The notes: a model not told the origin generated them from the letters alone. 64,000 nucleotides of DNA from Halorussus marinus (GCF_004765795.1 NZ_SBIV01000005.1:62001-126000), one strand, 5' to 3'; positions 26,701 through 36,009 are shown, numbered from the stretch's first letter. Translations and numbers: made by a program.

Positions 26701-28232
26701 TGCTCGAACCCTACATCGTTCCGCCCGAGACGACCGCCGAGATCGGCGAGACGCCGGACTTCGCGCCCGGGGAGGGGATCGTCGGTAGCGTCTTCGAGTC
26801 GGGCGAGCCCGAGCACTTCGACAACGCCTACGACGACCCGCGCGCCCACGACGACGGCGCGTCGGGAGTCCGGGCGTTCGCGGCGTTTCCGCTCGGCGAC
26901 TGGGGAGTGCTCACCATCGTGTCGACGACGCCCGGGGCGTTCGACGACTACGAGATCGACCTCACGAAGGTGCTCGCGGCCAACGCCGAGGTCGCGCTCA
27001 ACCGCGCCGAACACGAGGCCGAGCTCGCCGACCAGCGCGAACAGCTCGCCGAACTCGACCGCATCAACGAGGTCATCAGGGACATCGACCAGCTTCTGGT
27101 CCGGGCGGGCACCCGCGAGGAGATCGAGCAGGCGGTCTGCGACCGGCTCGCCGACTCCGACCACTACCGGTTCGCGTGGACCGGCACCACCATCGTCGGC
27201 AACCGGATCGAACCGACCGCTTCGACGGGGCCCGCGGACGGCTACCTCGACGCGGTGACCGTCCCGGTCGACCACGACGACCACGGGACCGGTCCCGCGG
27301 GGCGGGCGGTCCGGACCGGCGAGACGCAGGTGATCGAGTCCATCGCGGACTCGGCGGTGTTCGAACCGTGGCGCGAGCCGGCGCTCGCGCGGGGCTTCCG
27401 GTCGATGGCGGCGATCCCGCTCCGGTACCGCGACACCACCTACGGGGTCCTCTGTGTCTACGCCGACCGGGCGAACGCGCTCAACGACCGCGAGACCGCG
27501 GTCCTCTCCGAGCTCGGCGAGACCATCGGCCACGCCATCAACGCGGTCGAGAACAAGCGCGCCCTGCTGGCCGACGACGTGGTCGAGGTCGAGTTCGACG
27601 TCACCGACGGCGAGGGGTTCTTCTCGCGGGCGGCCCGCGAGGAAGACTGCACATTCACCCTCGAAGGCGTGACGATCAACACCGACGGGTCGTTCGTCCA
27701 CTTCGTGACCGTCGACGGCATCGACCCCGACCGACTCCGCGAGCGCGCCGAGCCAGACCCCGACATCGAGCGCGCCCGTCTCGTCAACGAACACGACGAC
27801 GGCCACCTGTTCGAGCTCGTGTACACGGGGCCGTCGTTGCTCTCGACCCTGCTCGATCACGGCGGGACCCTCCGGGAGTCGCGGTTCACCGCCGACGGCG
27901 GCCGGAGCGTGGTCGAGCTCCCGATGAACGCCGACGTGCGGGCGGCCATCGAGTCGATCACCGACCGGATCCCCGGCGCGGAGGTGGTCGCCCAGCGCGA
28001 GCGCAAGCGTCCCGACCGCACCGTCCAGGAGTTCCGGGCCGCGATCGAGGACGATCTGACCGACCGCCAGCGCTCGGCGCTGGAGGCGGCGTTCTACGCC
28101 GGCTTCTTCGAGTGGCCCCGCGAGAGCACCGGCGAGGAGGTCGCCGAGTCGCTCGGGGTCTCGGCGCCGACGTTCCACCAGCACCTCCGGGTCGGCGAGC
28201 GCAAACTGCTGGCGGCGCTCCTCGACGAGTAG
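23703..28232 (+). CDS. Multi-sensor transcriptional regulator: pseudo-receiver, several PAS and GAF domains, Bat-type HTH_10
   Basis: PAS segments (FGYD...), GAF segments (YRSALTVPIG, FRSMAAIPL), C-terminal LTDRQRSALEAAFYAGFFEWPRESTGEEVAESLGVSAPTFHQHLR; start at ATG 23703. Confidence 0.92.
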   Translation: MLPQSVERGPHDGDLRRVLYVDAGDGDGVADAPSFTLETESRATDALGRLDAERFDCVIAGPDLPETDGITLLETVGELFPAVGRVLVADSVADAPDGVEFVSARPSDDRPARLARRVARVLDRRETERSRDLLADRFGTLVECSPDAMLTLDDDCTILFANAATERVFGYDPAELVGDSVGRLLAERVRGSVRAAIAELREADATAECEYVELPGRDREGEEIPLVVSVTESVRDGRRYYSCIVREVSERKRLEERLGEERRKTRDLHDVAVMLEACDTADEVCRLAVETAEQLLEFDIAAVDIVEDDVLVPRAVSKGIPSDGYYTTTPIDADDKLAARALRADETIRTGDLREAGVDPAATGYRSALTVPIGETGVFQAVSKESDSFDESDRELAELLVAHMREALARIRSERALAAERDRFAALFEHIPEPTVDYQIRDGRCLIEAVNPAFEAVFGYDAEEAVGEAAEELIVPEEARAEAEHHIQKVKAGEQINAEVRRETAEGYRDFLLRNADMPGEDNAGYLIYTDITDRKQLERDLSREKEKIERLHHVAVRLESSESPDEIYQRTVDAAEEILKFDSCSIDVDENGWFVARATSSELETDDYPDLRTDAGLAGKTYQTGETYVVDDAQSPDGPEVLDEKYRSFLSVPVGDRGVFQAASRSVGEFDGEDARLAELLLSHAVQALVRVESKSALRAERDRFAALFENVPEPIADYEFRDGEPIVRSVNEAFEAVFGYDADRAVGRSLDDLITPDGERGAAERLNEQVRAGERVDAEVRREAADGIRDFLLRNAEVSGSPGNYVIYTDITERKERERRHRSMTEDVLDNTDVGIFVLDEEFDVAWANATVEEYFGVDREDLLGRDKETLVDERIAPTVEDSAHFAETVVGTYEDNTGVEQFSCRVTPAEGRAERYLQHRSRPIESGLYAGGRVELYYDVTERTEREEMLDALHGASRRLMAAQSQREIAETAVETAAEVLDIPHTTVLRWNDDAGVLEPYIVPPETTAEIGETPDFAPGEGIVGSVFESGEPEHFDNAYDDPRAHDDGASGVRAFAAFPLGDWGVLTIVSTTPGAFDDYEIDLTKVLAANAEVALNRAEHEAELADQREQLAELDRINEVIRDIDQLLVRAGTREEIEQAVCDRLADSDHYRFAWTGTTIVGNRIEPTASTGPADGYLDAVTVPVDHDDHGTGPAGRAVRTGETQVIESIADSAVFEPWREPALARGFRSMAAIPLRYRDTTYGVLCVYADRANALNDRETAVLSELGETIGHAINAVENKRALLADDVVEVEFDVTDGEGFFSRAAREEDCTFTLEGVTINTDGSFVHFVTVDGIDPDRLRERAEPDPDIERARLVNEHDDGHLFELVYTGPSLLSTLLDHGGTLRESRFTADGGRSVVELPMNADVRAAIESITDRIPGAEVVAQRERKRPDRTVQEFRAAIEDDLTDRQRSALEAAFYAGFFEWPRESTGEEVAESLGVSAPTFHQHLRVGERKLLAALLDE

Positions 28233-28281
28233 GGCGCCGAAGGAACACTTTTGTTGTGTCCGGGTCACCTCCCGTCCGACG

Positions 28282-29844
28282 ATGGCCGAGGAGACCGACG
28301 AGCGCGAGCGGATCCGACGGCTCCGGGAGGCGGCCCGCGAGCGCTGGAGCGGGGCCGACGACGACGCCGACGCCTTGGCCTCGCGCCTCGACAGCGACGA
28401 CCCCGAGGTCCGGGCCGAGGCGGTGTGGGGACTCGCCGAGCTCGCGTCCGATCCCGACCGATCGGTCCGGCTCCCGGTCGAGTCGCGGCTCGCTCCGCTT
28501 CTCGACGACGACGACCAGTGGGTCCGGCGCGGGGCCTCGTGGGCGCTGGCGATCGTCGCCGACCGCCGCCCCGAGCGCGGCCGCCCCGCGGCCGAGGCGC
28601 TCGCGCGCGCGCTGACCGACGACGACCCGCTCGTCCGGGAGAACAACGTCCTCGCGCTCTCGGCCGTGGCCGCCGAGTACCCCCACGCCGCCGAGCCCGC
28701 GCTGTCGCGGCTCGCCGACCTCGTCCGGGACGGTGACGGGCTCGTCCGGCAGTACGCCGCCGAGGCGCTCCGACGGCTCGTGGGCCAACTCGACGAGGAC
28801 GGCTTCCCGGAGACCGTCGAGGCCGGCGGGGAGATCGCGGATCTCCTGCCCGACGACGCGGGCGTGGTCGCGGTGACCGACGAGGGCGGCGCGACCGGGT
28901 CGATCCGGGTCCGGACCGACGCCGCGGCGGACGACGAATCGGCGGTCGATTCCGACGCCCGCGACTCGCCCGACGAGACCGGCCCGCCCGAGGCGATCCC
29001 CTCGCCGCCGCCGATCGACGCCGATTTCCGGGGGTTCGATCGGCTCGCCGACCGGGGCGGCGACCCCGTGACGACCGCTCGGAAGGCGCGAGCGCCGGCC
29101 GCGGGCGCGGACGACCGGCCCGTCGTCGTCTCGCTCCGGACGGCCCGATCGGAGGCGGGCGTCGACGCCGACCGGGTCGCGGAGGCGTTCCGGGCGTGGG
29201 ACCGCATCGACGACCACGACCACGTCGCGCCGGTCCTCGCCCGCGGCGACCGGCCCCGGCCGTGGATCGCGACCGAGTTCATGGACGCGGGCACGCTCCG
29301 AGATGCGGTCGGCTCCGTCGGCTTCGAGCGGGCGCTCTGGACGGTCCACTGCCTCTCGCGGGCGGTCTCTCACGCCCACTCTCGGGGAGTCGTCCACGGC
29401 GCGCTTCGGCCCGGTGCGGTCGGGCTCTCGACGGTGCTCGGAGCGTGGCCGGCGCCGAAGGTCGGCGACTGGGGGCTGGGCGAGCCCCTCGCCGCGGTCG
29501 CCTCCCCGCCGGTCCCGCCCGCGTTCGCCGCGCCCGAGCACTTCGACCCCGAGGCGTTCGGCCGCCCCGATCAGGCCACCGACGTCTACCAGTTGGGCGC
29601 GCTCGCGTACGCGCTGTTCGCCGGTCGGCCCCCGTTCGTCGACGCCGCCGGCGAGATCGTCCGCGACTCGCCCGTCGCGGAGCCGCCGCCGGTCACCGAC
29701 CACGTTCCCGGCGTCCCCGCGGCGGTCGACGATCTGGTGGCGCGGGCGCTCGCGGCCGACAAGCGCGCGCGGTTCGAGACCGCGGCGGACTTCCGACGGG
29801 ACGTCGAACTCCTCGCGTCGGAGTTCGACTGGGCGGGGCGGTGA
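28282..29844 (+). CDS. HEAT-repeat plus Ser/Thr protein kinase-like (probable pseudokinase) protein
   Basis: HEAT repeats (DPEVRAEAVWGL, DQWVRRGASWAL, DPLVRENNVLAL); kinase fold elements WIATEFMDAGTL, VVHGALRP, KVGDWG, AAPE, TDVYQLG. Confidence 0.85.
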   Translation: MAEETDERERIRRLREAARERWSGADDDADALASRLDSDDPEVRAEAVWGLAELASDPDRSVRLPVESRLAPLLDDDDQWVRRGASWALAIVADRRPERGRPAAEALARALTDDDPLVRENNVLALSAVAAEYPHAAEPALSRLADLVRDGDGLVRQYAAEALRRLVGQLDEDGFPETVEAGGEIADLLPDDAGVVAVTDEGGATGSIRVRTDAAADDESAVDSDARDSPDETGPPEAIPSPPPIDADFRGFDRLADRGGDPVTTARKARAPAAGADDRPVVVSLRTARSEAGVDADRVAEAFRAWDRIDDHDHVAPVLARGDRPRPWIATEFMDAGTLRDAVGSVGFERALWTVHCLSRAVSHAHSRGVVHGALRPGAVGLSTVLGAWPAPKVGDWGLGEPLAAVASPPVPPAFAAPEHFDPEAFGRPDQATDVYQLGALAYALFAGRPPFVDAAGEIVRDSPVAEPPPVTDHVPGVPAAVDDLVARALAADKRARFETAADFRRDVELLASEFDWAGR

Positions 29845-29856
29845 GCCGCTGTCGGA

Positions 29857-30099
29857 CTACCGGGCGCCCGCCGGGGCGCCGTCGTTGTGAAAGTACACGA
29901 CGCGCTCGCCCTCCCCGGTCGCTGTCTCGCGCTCGACGTCCTGCCTGCTCGCGCACCGCCGCCGGTAGCGTTTCAGGAACGACAGCGGCTGGCCGCCGAA
30001 GACGTCGGCCCACCGGTCGCCCCGTTCGACGAGGAGCCGCTCGTCGTACGGCTCGCCACAGACCGGGCAAGCGGGTTCGTCGGGGTCGTTCGAGTGCAT
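29857..30099 (-). CDS. Hypothetical CPxCG-containing protein (80 aa)
   Basis: CPVCGEPY ... RRRC ... VYFH pattern; fills the gap between neighbouring genes. Confidence 0.7.
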   Translation of the reverse strand: MHSNDPDEPACPVCGEPYDERLLVERGDRWADVFGGQPLSFLKRYRRRCASRQDVERETATGEGERVVYFHNDGAPAGAR

Positions 30100-30144
30100 T
30101 CGTGGGGTAGTTGGGGCGCGAGCTGTTTCAATGTCGCGGGGGCG

Positions 30145-33100
30145 TTACTTGGCTCGTCGCGCGAGCAGCGCCGCCGCGAGCAACGCGACCGCCGCGGTCC
30201 CGACGCCGAATCCGGGCACGCTCGGCGTCTGGCCGTCCGCGTCCGAGTCGTCCTCGCCGGTCACTTCGAGGCGCGCGGTCTCGTCGTTGACGCCGACGGT
30301 GTAGGTTCCGCCGGCGTCGACGCGCTGTTCGAAGGTGACCTCACGTCGCTCGCCGCCGGGCACCTCGACGGTCTCGGTTTCGAGGTCCTCGCCGAACATC
30401 GACAGGGTGAGATCGACGGTGCCGGGCTCGCCGCCGGCGTTCTCGACCGTGGCGGTGACCGCGACGGTCTCGCCCGCCTCGATGCTCGACGACGACAGCG
30501 AGAGATCGACGACCGAGACGTCGGACGGGCCGGTCGCGCCCTCCTCGACGGTCAGGTCGCCGAGTTCGTCGCCGCCGAGGGTCGCCTCGTAAGTGCCGGG
30601 CTCGACGTCGTCGGCACGCAGGGTCACCTCCGTCCGCTCGCCGGCGGGCACCGAGACGCGCTCGGTCGCGACCGTCTCGCCGTCGAGCGCGAGGCTGACG
30701 GGGACGGTCCGGTCGGACGCGCCCGGATTCCGGAGGGTCGCGGTCGCTTCGACCGCGCCCTCGGGGCCGACCGCGGTCTCGGCGAGCGCGGCGTCGGCTA
30801 CTTCGACGGTCCGGTCGGCGCCGACCGCGATCGCGCCCAGCCCGTCGGTCGTCGCTTCGAAGCGGTAGCCGCCGTCGGTCTCCTCGACCATCGTCGCGTC
30901 GAGGCGCTCCCACGCGCCGTCGTAGCCGTACACCGACACGTCGGCGGCGCCGCGCAGTTCGCCCAGCGCGGCGCGCTCGACCCCAAAGGACACGGTCGCG
31001 TTCTCGACGCCGCCTTCGAGGTACTTCGCGCTCACGTCGAGGGACGCGAGCGTCCGGTCGCTCGCGGTCGGCGCCGGCGCTTCGCCCGGCGCTTTGGCGC
31101 TCGCGACCGCCTCGAAGGCGACGTGGGCGTCGTCGCTGTCGAGGTTCACGTCGAGGCGGTCGAAACGGACGCCGGTCGCGTTCGCGACGCCGGTCTCGCG
31201 CAGATCGGCCGACACCGTCTCGTCGGCGCGGCCGTTTCTGACGTCGACCAGCGTCGCGTTCGCCCCGGCGCGCTCTATCTGGGTCACGACCGCCGGCGGG
31301 CTCGCCGAACCGCCACCGCCGCCACCGCCGCCACCGCCGCCACCGCCGCCGATGGAGCCGCCCGTCGAGCCGCCGTCGTCCTCGTCGTCGATGGCGCGCT
31401 CGCCCTCGTTCACGGTGACCTCGACCGCGGCCTCGTTGGCGTTCCCGCGCTCGGTCCCGATGGTGACCGTTGCGGTGTAGGTCCCGCTCGCGTCGTAGCG
31501 GTGGATCACGGCGTCCTCGCCCGCGCCCGTCGTCCGCTCGGGGTCGCCGTCGCCGTCGAAGTCCCACCGGTACTCGGTCACGTTCGAGGGCGCGGTCGAG
31601 CCGTTCGCGTCGAACCGGAGCGGGTCGGTGGCGTTCACCTCGCTCGCGTTGACCGCCAGTTCGGCGTCCGGACCGGGGTCGACGGTGAACGAGAACCCGC
31701 GGGTGGCGGCGTGGCCCGCGGCGTCGCTCGCCCGGACGCTCCCGTCGTACGTCCCGGCGTCGAACTCCCGCGAGAGCGTCGCGCCGGCGGTGGTCCGCTC
31801 GTACTCGCCGTCGCCGTCGAGGTCCCACGCGTACTCGGTGATCCCGACGTTGTCGGTGGCGTTGGCGTAGAGGTCCACCACGTCGCCCGCCGTGATCGTC
31901 GCCGCGGCGGGCGCGTCGCCGTCGGCGGTCACGTTCCCGATCGCGGGGGCCTCGGCCGGCGTCACGTCGAGCGCGACCGTCGCGTTGTCGGTGTTTCCGT
32001 TGCCGTCTTCGACCGCGACGGCGGCCTCGTAGGTGCCGTTCGCGCGGTACGGCGGGACGGCGCTCGTCACGGGGTCGCTGGTGGCGTTCTCGTACTCGCC
32101 GTCGCCGTCGAGGTCCCACCGGTACTCGGCGATGCCGCGGTTGTCGTCGCTGGCGCTCGCGTCGAACTCGACCGTCGTATCCGCCTCGAACGCGGTCGGC
32201 GAGGCGTCGAGCGACGCCTCGGGGTCCGCGGTGTCGGGCGCCTCGATCTCGACGGTCCGCTCGACGGTGGCCTCGCGTCCGCCGCGGTCGGCGACCGTCA
32301 GCGACACCTCGTAGCTCCCGTTCTGGTCGAACCGATGGGCGGTGCGCGTCTCGCCGGTCACCGTCGAGTTGTCGTCGCCGAAGGTCCAGGTCACCGAGCT
32401 CTGGTCGATGCGGCCGTTGTCGGTGCTGTTGCTCGCGTCGAACACCAGCCGTTCGCCCTCGACGTGGTAGTCGGGGAGGCCGACGTCTCCGGACGCCACG
32501 CTCATCGCCGCGGTCGGCGGTTCGGCGGGTCGGACGGTGATCGGTATCGAGTCGGTGCTCTCGGTGCCCTCCGCGGACTCTGCCAGCACCTCGACGGTCC
32601 GTTCGCCCGTCCGGTTCGCGTCGTATCGGTGGGTTATCGTTCGGTCGGTCCGGTTTCGCTCGTACTCGCCGTCGCCGTCGAGGTCCCAGTAGAACTCGGC
32701 GGCGTCCGTGCCCGCGTCGAACGTGACTGGCCCGCCGACCTCCGGGTCGTCGTAGTCGGCGCTCAGGTCCGCGTTCGTACACTCGCCCCCGCGGGTGATG
32801 GTGACCGGTTCGTCCATGTCGAGGCGGACGTTGTCGTCGCCTTTCCGCCGGACGACCCAGTCGGTGACGGTGTCGTTTTGCTCGTCGTAGCGCCACCAGT
32901 AGTTGCTCCAGTGGTACGACTCCTCGTTGAAGTACGGTTCGATGGTGATGCTCTCGCCGTATCCGAGGTTCTGTAGCCCGCGGTACGCGCCGCCGTCCGT
33001 TCCGTGGTCGCCCCACCGCCAGTGGGCGGTGAAGTCGCTGTTGCCGTCGTAGCTCTCGATCGGGACGGCTCCGTAGTTGTTGTCGCGGTGGCCGTAGCGG

Positions 33101-33831
33101 GTGTGGCGGTCCTCGTCGTAGTCGAACTCGCCCGAGTCGTAGTAGAGCGCGTCCATGTCCTCGGGGTAGAGGTCGTCCATGTACGCCCACTCGCCCGCGG
33201 GCAGGTCGCGGAAGACGAACGACACCGCCCCGCCGCCCGGCTGGGGGCTCATGAACCCCTCGCGAGTGCTATGGAAGTGCTCCCCGTTGTACGGGCCGTG
33301 GGATCCGATCCCGGTGTCGTCGTAGAGTTTGTCGTGGCGGACGACGAGGCTGTCGCCCTCCGGGCCGTCGTAGAAGAACATGTGGCTCTCCTGGTTCGTC
33401 GACCAGTTCCACAGTCCGTAGGTGCCGTACGCCCACGGCTCCTTCCAGTAGGGCTCGGAGAGCCACGGCGCGTAGTGGGGTATCTGGCCCCACGCCTGAC
33501 CGTTGTCGCTCACGTTGCCCTCGGGATCCCGGTACCGGTAGTCCATCACGGACTCGATCGTCGGCGAGCCGTCCCAGCTTCGGTTCGGCACGTAGCCGAA
33601 CTCCTCGGTCTCGTCGACGATCTCGACGTGCGGTCGGATCGTCTCCTCGGGGTACTCGGGGTTCTGATCGCCCGGTTCGAACGGTGTCACTTCCCAGCAC
33701 TCGTCGCCCTGTGTGATCACGTACCGGTTCGAAGCCTCCTGTGCGCCCGCGGTTCCGACCATGCCCGTCGGGAGGACGGACGCGACGACCAGCAGTGTCA
33801 GTGCGACGCTCGCTATCTTATCTACGCGCAT
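30145..33831 (-). CDS. Cell-surface glycoprotein with PKD repeats, PGF-pre-PGF-like and CARDB-like domains, and PGF-CTERM
   Basis: Sec signal peptide; repeated YxWDLDGDGEYE / FDASxSxD PKD units; many N-x-S/T sequons; C-terminal VPGFGVGTAAVALLAAALLARRAK archaeosortase signal. Confidence 0.92.
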   Translation of the reverse strand: MRVDKIASVALTLLVVASVLPTGMVGTAGAQEASNRYVITQGDECWEVTPFEPGDQNPEYPEETIRPHVEIVDETEEFGYVPNRSWDGSPTIESVMDYRYRDPEGNVSDNGQAWGQIPHYAPWLSEPYWKEPWAYGTYGLWNWSTNQESHMFFYDGPEGDSLVVRHDKLYDDTGIGSHGPYNGEHFHSTREGFMSPQPGGGAVSFVFRDLPAGEWAYMDDLYPEDMDALYYDSGEFDYDEDRHTRYGHRDNNYGAVPIESYDGNSDFTAHWRWGDHGTDGGAYRGLQNLGYGESITIEPYFNEESYHWSNYWWRYDEQNDTVTDWVVRRKGDDNVRLDMDEPVTITRGGECTNADLSADYDDPEVGGPVTFDAGTDAAEFYWDLDGDGEYERNRTDRTITHRYDANRTGERTVEVLAESAEGTESTDSIPITVRPAEPPTAAMSVASGDVGLPDYHVEGERLVFDASNSTDNGRIDQSSVTWTFGDDNSTVTGETRTAHRFDQNGSYEVSLTVADRGGREATVERTVEIEAPDTADPEASLDASPTAFEADTTVEFDASASDDNRGIAEYRWDLDGDGEYENATSDPVTSAVPPYRANGTYEAAVAVEDGNGNTDNATVALDVTPAEAPAIGNVTADGDAPAAATITAGDVVDLYANATDNVGITEYAWDLDGDGEYERTTAGATLSREFDAGTYDGSVRASDAAGHAATRGFSFTVDPGPDAELAVNASEVNATDPLRFDANGSTAPSNVTEYRWDFDGDGDPERTTGAGEDAVIHRYDASGTYTATVTIGTERGNANEAAVEVTVNEGERAIDDEDDGGSTGGSIGGGGGGGGGGGGGGSASPPAVVTQIERAGANATLVDVRNGRADETVSADLRETGVANATGVRFDRLDVNLDSDDAHVAFEAVASAKAPGEAPAPTASDRTLASLDVSAKYLEGGVENATVSFGVERAALGELRGAADVSVYGYDGAWERLDATMVEETDGGYRFEATTDGLGAIAVGADRTVEVADAALAETAVGPEGAVEATATLRNPGASDRTVPVSLALDGETVATERVSVPAGERTEVTLRADDVEPGTYEATLGGDELGDLTVEEGATGPSDVSVVDLSLSSSSIEAGETVAVTATVENAGGEPGTVDLTLSMFGEDLETETVEVPGGERREVTFEQRVDAGGTYTVGVNDETARLEVTGEDDSDADGQTPSVPGFGVGTAAVALLAAALLARRAK
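31309..31350 (-). repeat. Poly-glycine (14 Gly) linker, GGC/GGT triplet repeat
   Basis: (ccg/cca)n run on the + strand within the surface protein gene. Confidence 0.85.
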
Positions 33832-33989
33832 GCGATGATACCGACCGTATTCCGCTGTTTCCCTTTGTTATGGACTTGCTGTCGGAGAATTTGGCATCGG
33901 CTACGCGCGAGTAGCTCCTGCAAGAACTGATCGAACGCCGCGCGTACCGGCTCGGTAACCGCACCGTACGGTCGGGGGTGGCCAGCGGG

Positions 33990-35891
33990 CTACTCGGTCC
34001 GGTCGCGCTCGTCGACCGCTTCGGCGTCGCGCTCGGTCACCCGGACCCCCTTCGAGGACAGGTGAGACATCTGCTGGCGCGCGAACTCCTCCTCGGTGGT
34101 GCCCAGCGTCGCGAGCACGTACAGCCGGGCGTTGCCGGTCGGGCGCATCGTCCGGCCGGCCCGCTGGGAGCCCTGCCGGCGCGACCCGCCGAGCCCCGAG
34201 GCCACGATCGCCAGTTCGGCGTCGGGCAGGTCGATCCCCTCGTCGCCGACCCGCGAGACCACCAGCGCGTCGCGCTCTCCCGTCCGGAACTCCTGTAACA
34301 ACAGCTCCCGGCGGGCGTGGCGCATCTCGCCGCTGATGAACGGGAGGTCGAGCGCCTCGGCGATCGCCGTCCCGTGGTCGAGGTACTCCACGAAGATCAG
34401 CGCCTTCGAGGTGGGGTGTTGGGCGAGCAGGTGGCGGATCTCGTCGAGCTTCGCGGGGTTGCTCGCCGCGACCCGGCGGCGCTCGTGGCCGTGGGCGGTT
34501 CCGTACTCGTTCCGGTAGGTCTCGTCGTCCCACGGGACGTATCTGATCTGGACCTCCGGCTCCTGAACGTAGCCCGCCTCGAACAGCGCGTCCCAGTCGG
34601 TGCCGATCGGCGGACCGACGAGGGTGAAAATCTCCTCCTCGCGGTCGTCCTCCCGGACGGGCGTGGCGCTGAGCCCGAGCCGGTGTTTGCTCTGGAGGTC
34701 CGCCGAGCGCCGGAACACGTTCGAGGGGATGTGCTGGCACTCGTCGTACACGATCAGCCCCCACTCGCGCTTGTCGAACAGCTGGCGGTGCCGATCCATC
34801 CCCGCGGTCTGGTAGGTGGCGATCGTGACGGGCCGGACCTGCTTGGTGCCGCCGTGGTACTCCCCGATCTGGCTCTCGTCGAGGGTGGTGTGTGCGAGCA
34901 GTTCCTCGCGCCACTGGGTGGCGAGCTCCCGGCTGGGGACCAGGATCAGCGTCTCGCCGCCCACCGCTTCGAGCACGCCCATCGCCGCGACGGTCTTGCC
35001 CGACCCGGGCGGCCCGACCAGCACGCCCGATTTGGTCTCGACGAACTCGGTGACCCACTCGCGCTGGTACGGCCGGAGATCGAGAGTCAGCGCCACGTCG
35101 AGGGGCTCGCCGGTTTCGAGGTCCCGCTCGTCCTGCACGGGGTAGCCCGCCTCGTAGAGGACGCGCTTGATCTCGGCGACCGCCCCCTCGGCGACCCAGC
35201 TCTCGGTGTCCGAGATCGGCGCCCGGAGCTGGCCCTCGTCGAGCTTCTGGCGTGCGACGTTGCCCATCAGGTCCTCGCTTGCGGCTTCGAGGACGACGTA
35301 GCCGTCCTCGTGGGTCGTCAGGACGAACTGGCGGGCGCGCTTCCACTGGCTCTCGATCCAGTCTTCGAGGTGGGCCGACCGCTCGGGAACCACGTCCCGG
35401 ACGGTCCCGAGCAGAGCGTCGAGGTCGTCGTACGGGGCGGCCCAGACGTCTTCCTGTCGGATTCGATAGAGGTACCCGCCCTCGCGGGTCGTCTCGACGA
35501 GGTGAGCGAACTGCGAGAGCTGGGCCCGGGTGAACTGGGTCGGCTGGTCGACCACCAGCTCGCGGCGCTTCGGAAACACCACCACGCGCTCGCGGTCGGC
35601 GACCGCCCCCCAGTCGGTCGGATACCAGACCACCGGGTCGGTCGAGACGTCGAGGCGTTCGACGCCCTCCTCGCCCGCCAGCCCAGCCAGTTCCTCGGCG
35701 GTCTCGGCCTGCGTGCGATCGAGCGCCCGCGCGACCTCCTCGGCGGTCACGACCGGGCGTCCGAACTCCTCGACGGCGTCGTGGAACGCCGAGACGTCGA
35801 CCGCCTCGGCGCGCTCGCCCTCGGCATCGTCCACCGCGCTCTCGTCCCCGTCGGCGACTTCGCCGCCGGCCTCGTCTCCGGTGTCGGTCAC
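33990..35891 (-). CDS. rad25: XPB/Rad25-type SF2 DNA helicase
   Basis: LRPYQRE, GPPGSGKT, YDECQH, LGLSATPVRED, SRVGDEGIDLP, QRAGR; probable GTG start at 35891 (start uncertain). Confidence 0.9.
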   Translation of the reverse strand: MTDTGDEAGGEVADGDESAVDDAEGERAEAVDVSAFHDAVEEFGRPVVTAEEVARALDRTQAETAEELAGLAGEEGVERLDVSTDPVVWYPTDWGAVADRERVVVFPKRRELVVDQPTQFTRAQLSQFAHLVETTREGGYLYRIRQEDVWAAPYDDLDALLGTVRDVVPERSAHLEDWIESQWKRARQFVLTTHEDGYVVLEAASEDLMGNVARQKLDEGQLRAPISDTESWVAEGAVAEIKRVLYEAGYPVQDERDLETGEPLDVALTLDLRPYQREWVTEFVETKSGVLVGPPGSGKTVAAMGVLEAVGGETLILVPSRELATQWREELLAHTTLDESQIGEYHGGTKQVRPVTIATYQTAGMDRHRQLFDKREWGLIVYDECQHIPSNVFRRSADLQSKHRLGLSATPVREDDREEEIFTLVGPPIGTDWDALFEAGYVQEPEVQIRYVPWDDETYRNEYGTAHGHERRRVAASNPAKLDEIRHLLAQHPTSKALIFVEYLDHGTAIAEALDLPFISGEMRHARRELLLQEFRTGERDALVVSRVGDEGIDLPDAELAIVASGLGGSRRQGSQRAGRTMRPTGNARLYVLATLGTTEEEFARQQMSHLSSKGVRVTERDAEAVDERDRTE

Positions 35892-36009
35892 TGGCACGCG
35901 GTAGGGCCGGCACGGACAAACGGCTTGCGCTCTGGCCGTCGCCGGCCGTCTCAGCTTCCGAACCGTCGCGGGGACCCGCCCGTTGCCTCGCCGACACGAG
36001 GCCACAAGG

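Noticed and set aside
25752..29294. 1,180-aa minus-strand ORF, and similar long ORFs such as 29887-32976 (+), 51177-54440 (+), 21574-23721 (+) and 4337-6541 (+)
   Set aside because: These are antisense or off-frame shadows of well-supported genes. High GC suppresses stop codons, and the translations are Arg/Gly/Val-rich with no family motifs.
21820..29844. mutS5, sensor and kinase region considered as an anti-phage defence island
   Set aside because: No nuclease, methylase, toxin-antitoxin or mobility genes; composition is host-like; MutS5 and Bat-type regulators are common in haloarchaea.
31309..31350. Triplet repeat considered as a phase-variation tract
   Set aside because: It is an in-frame poly-Gly linker common in haloarchaeal surface proteins; length changes would not shift the frame.
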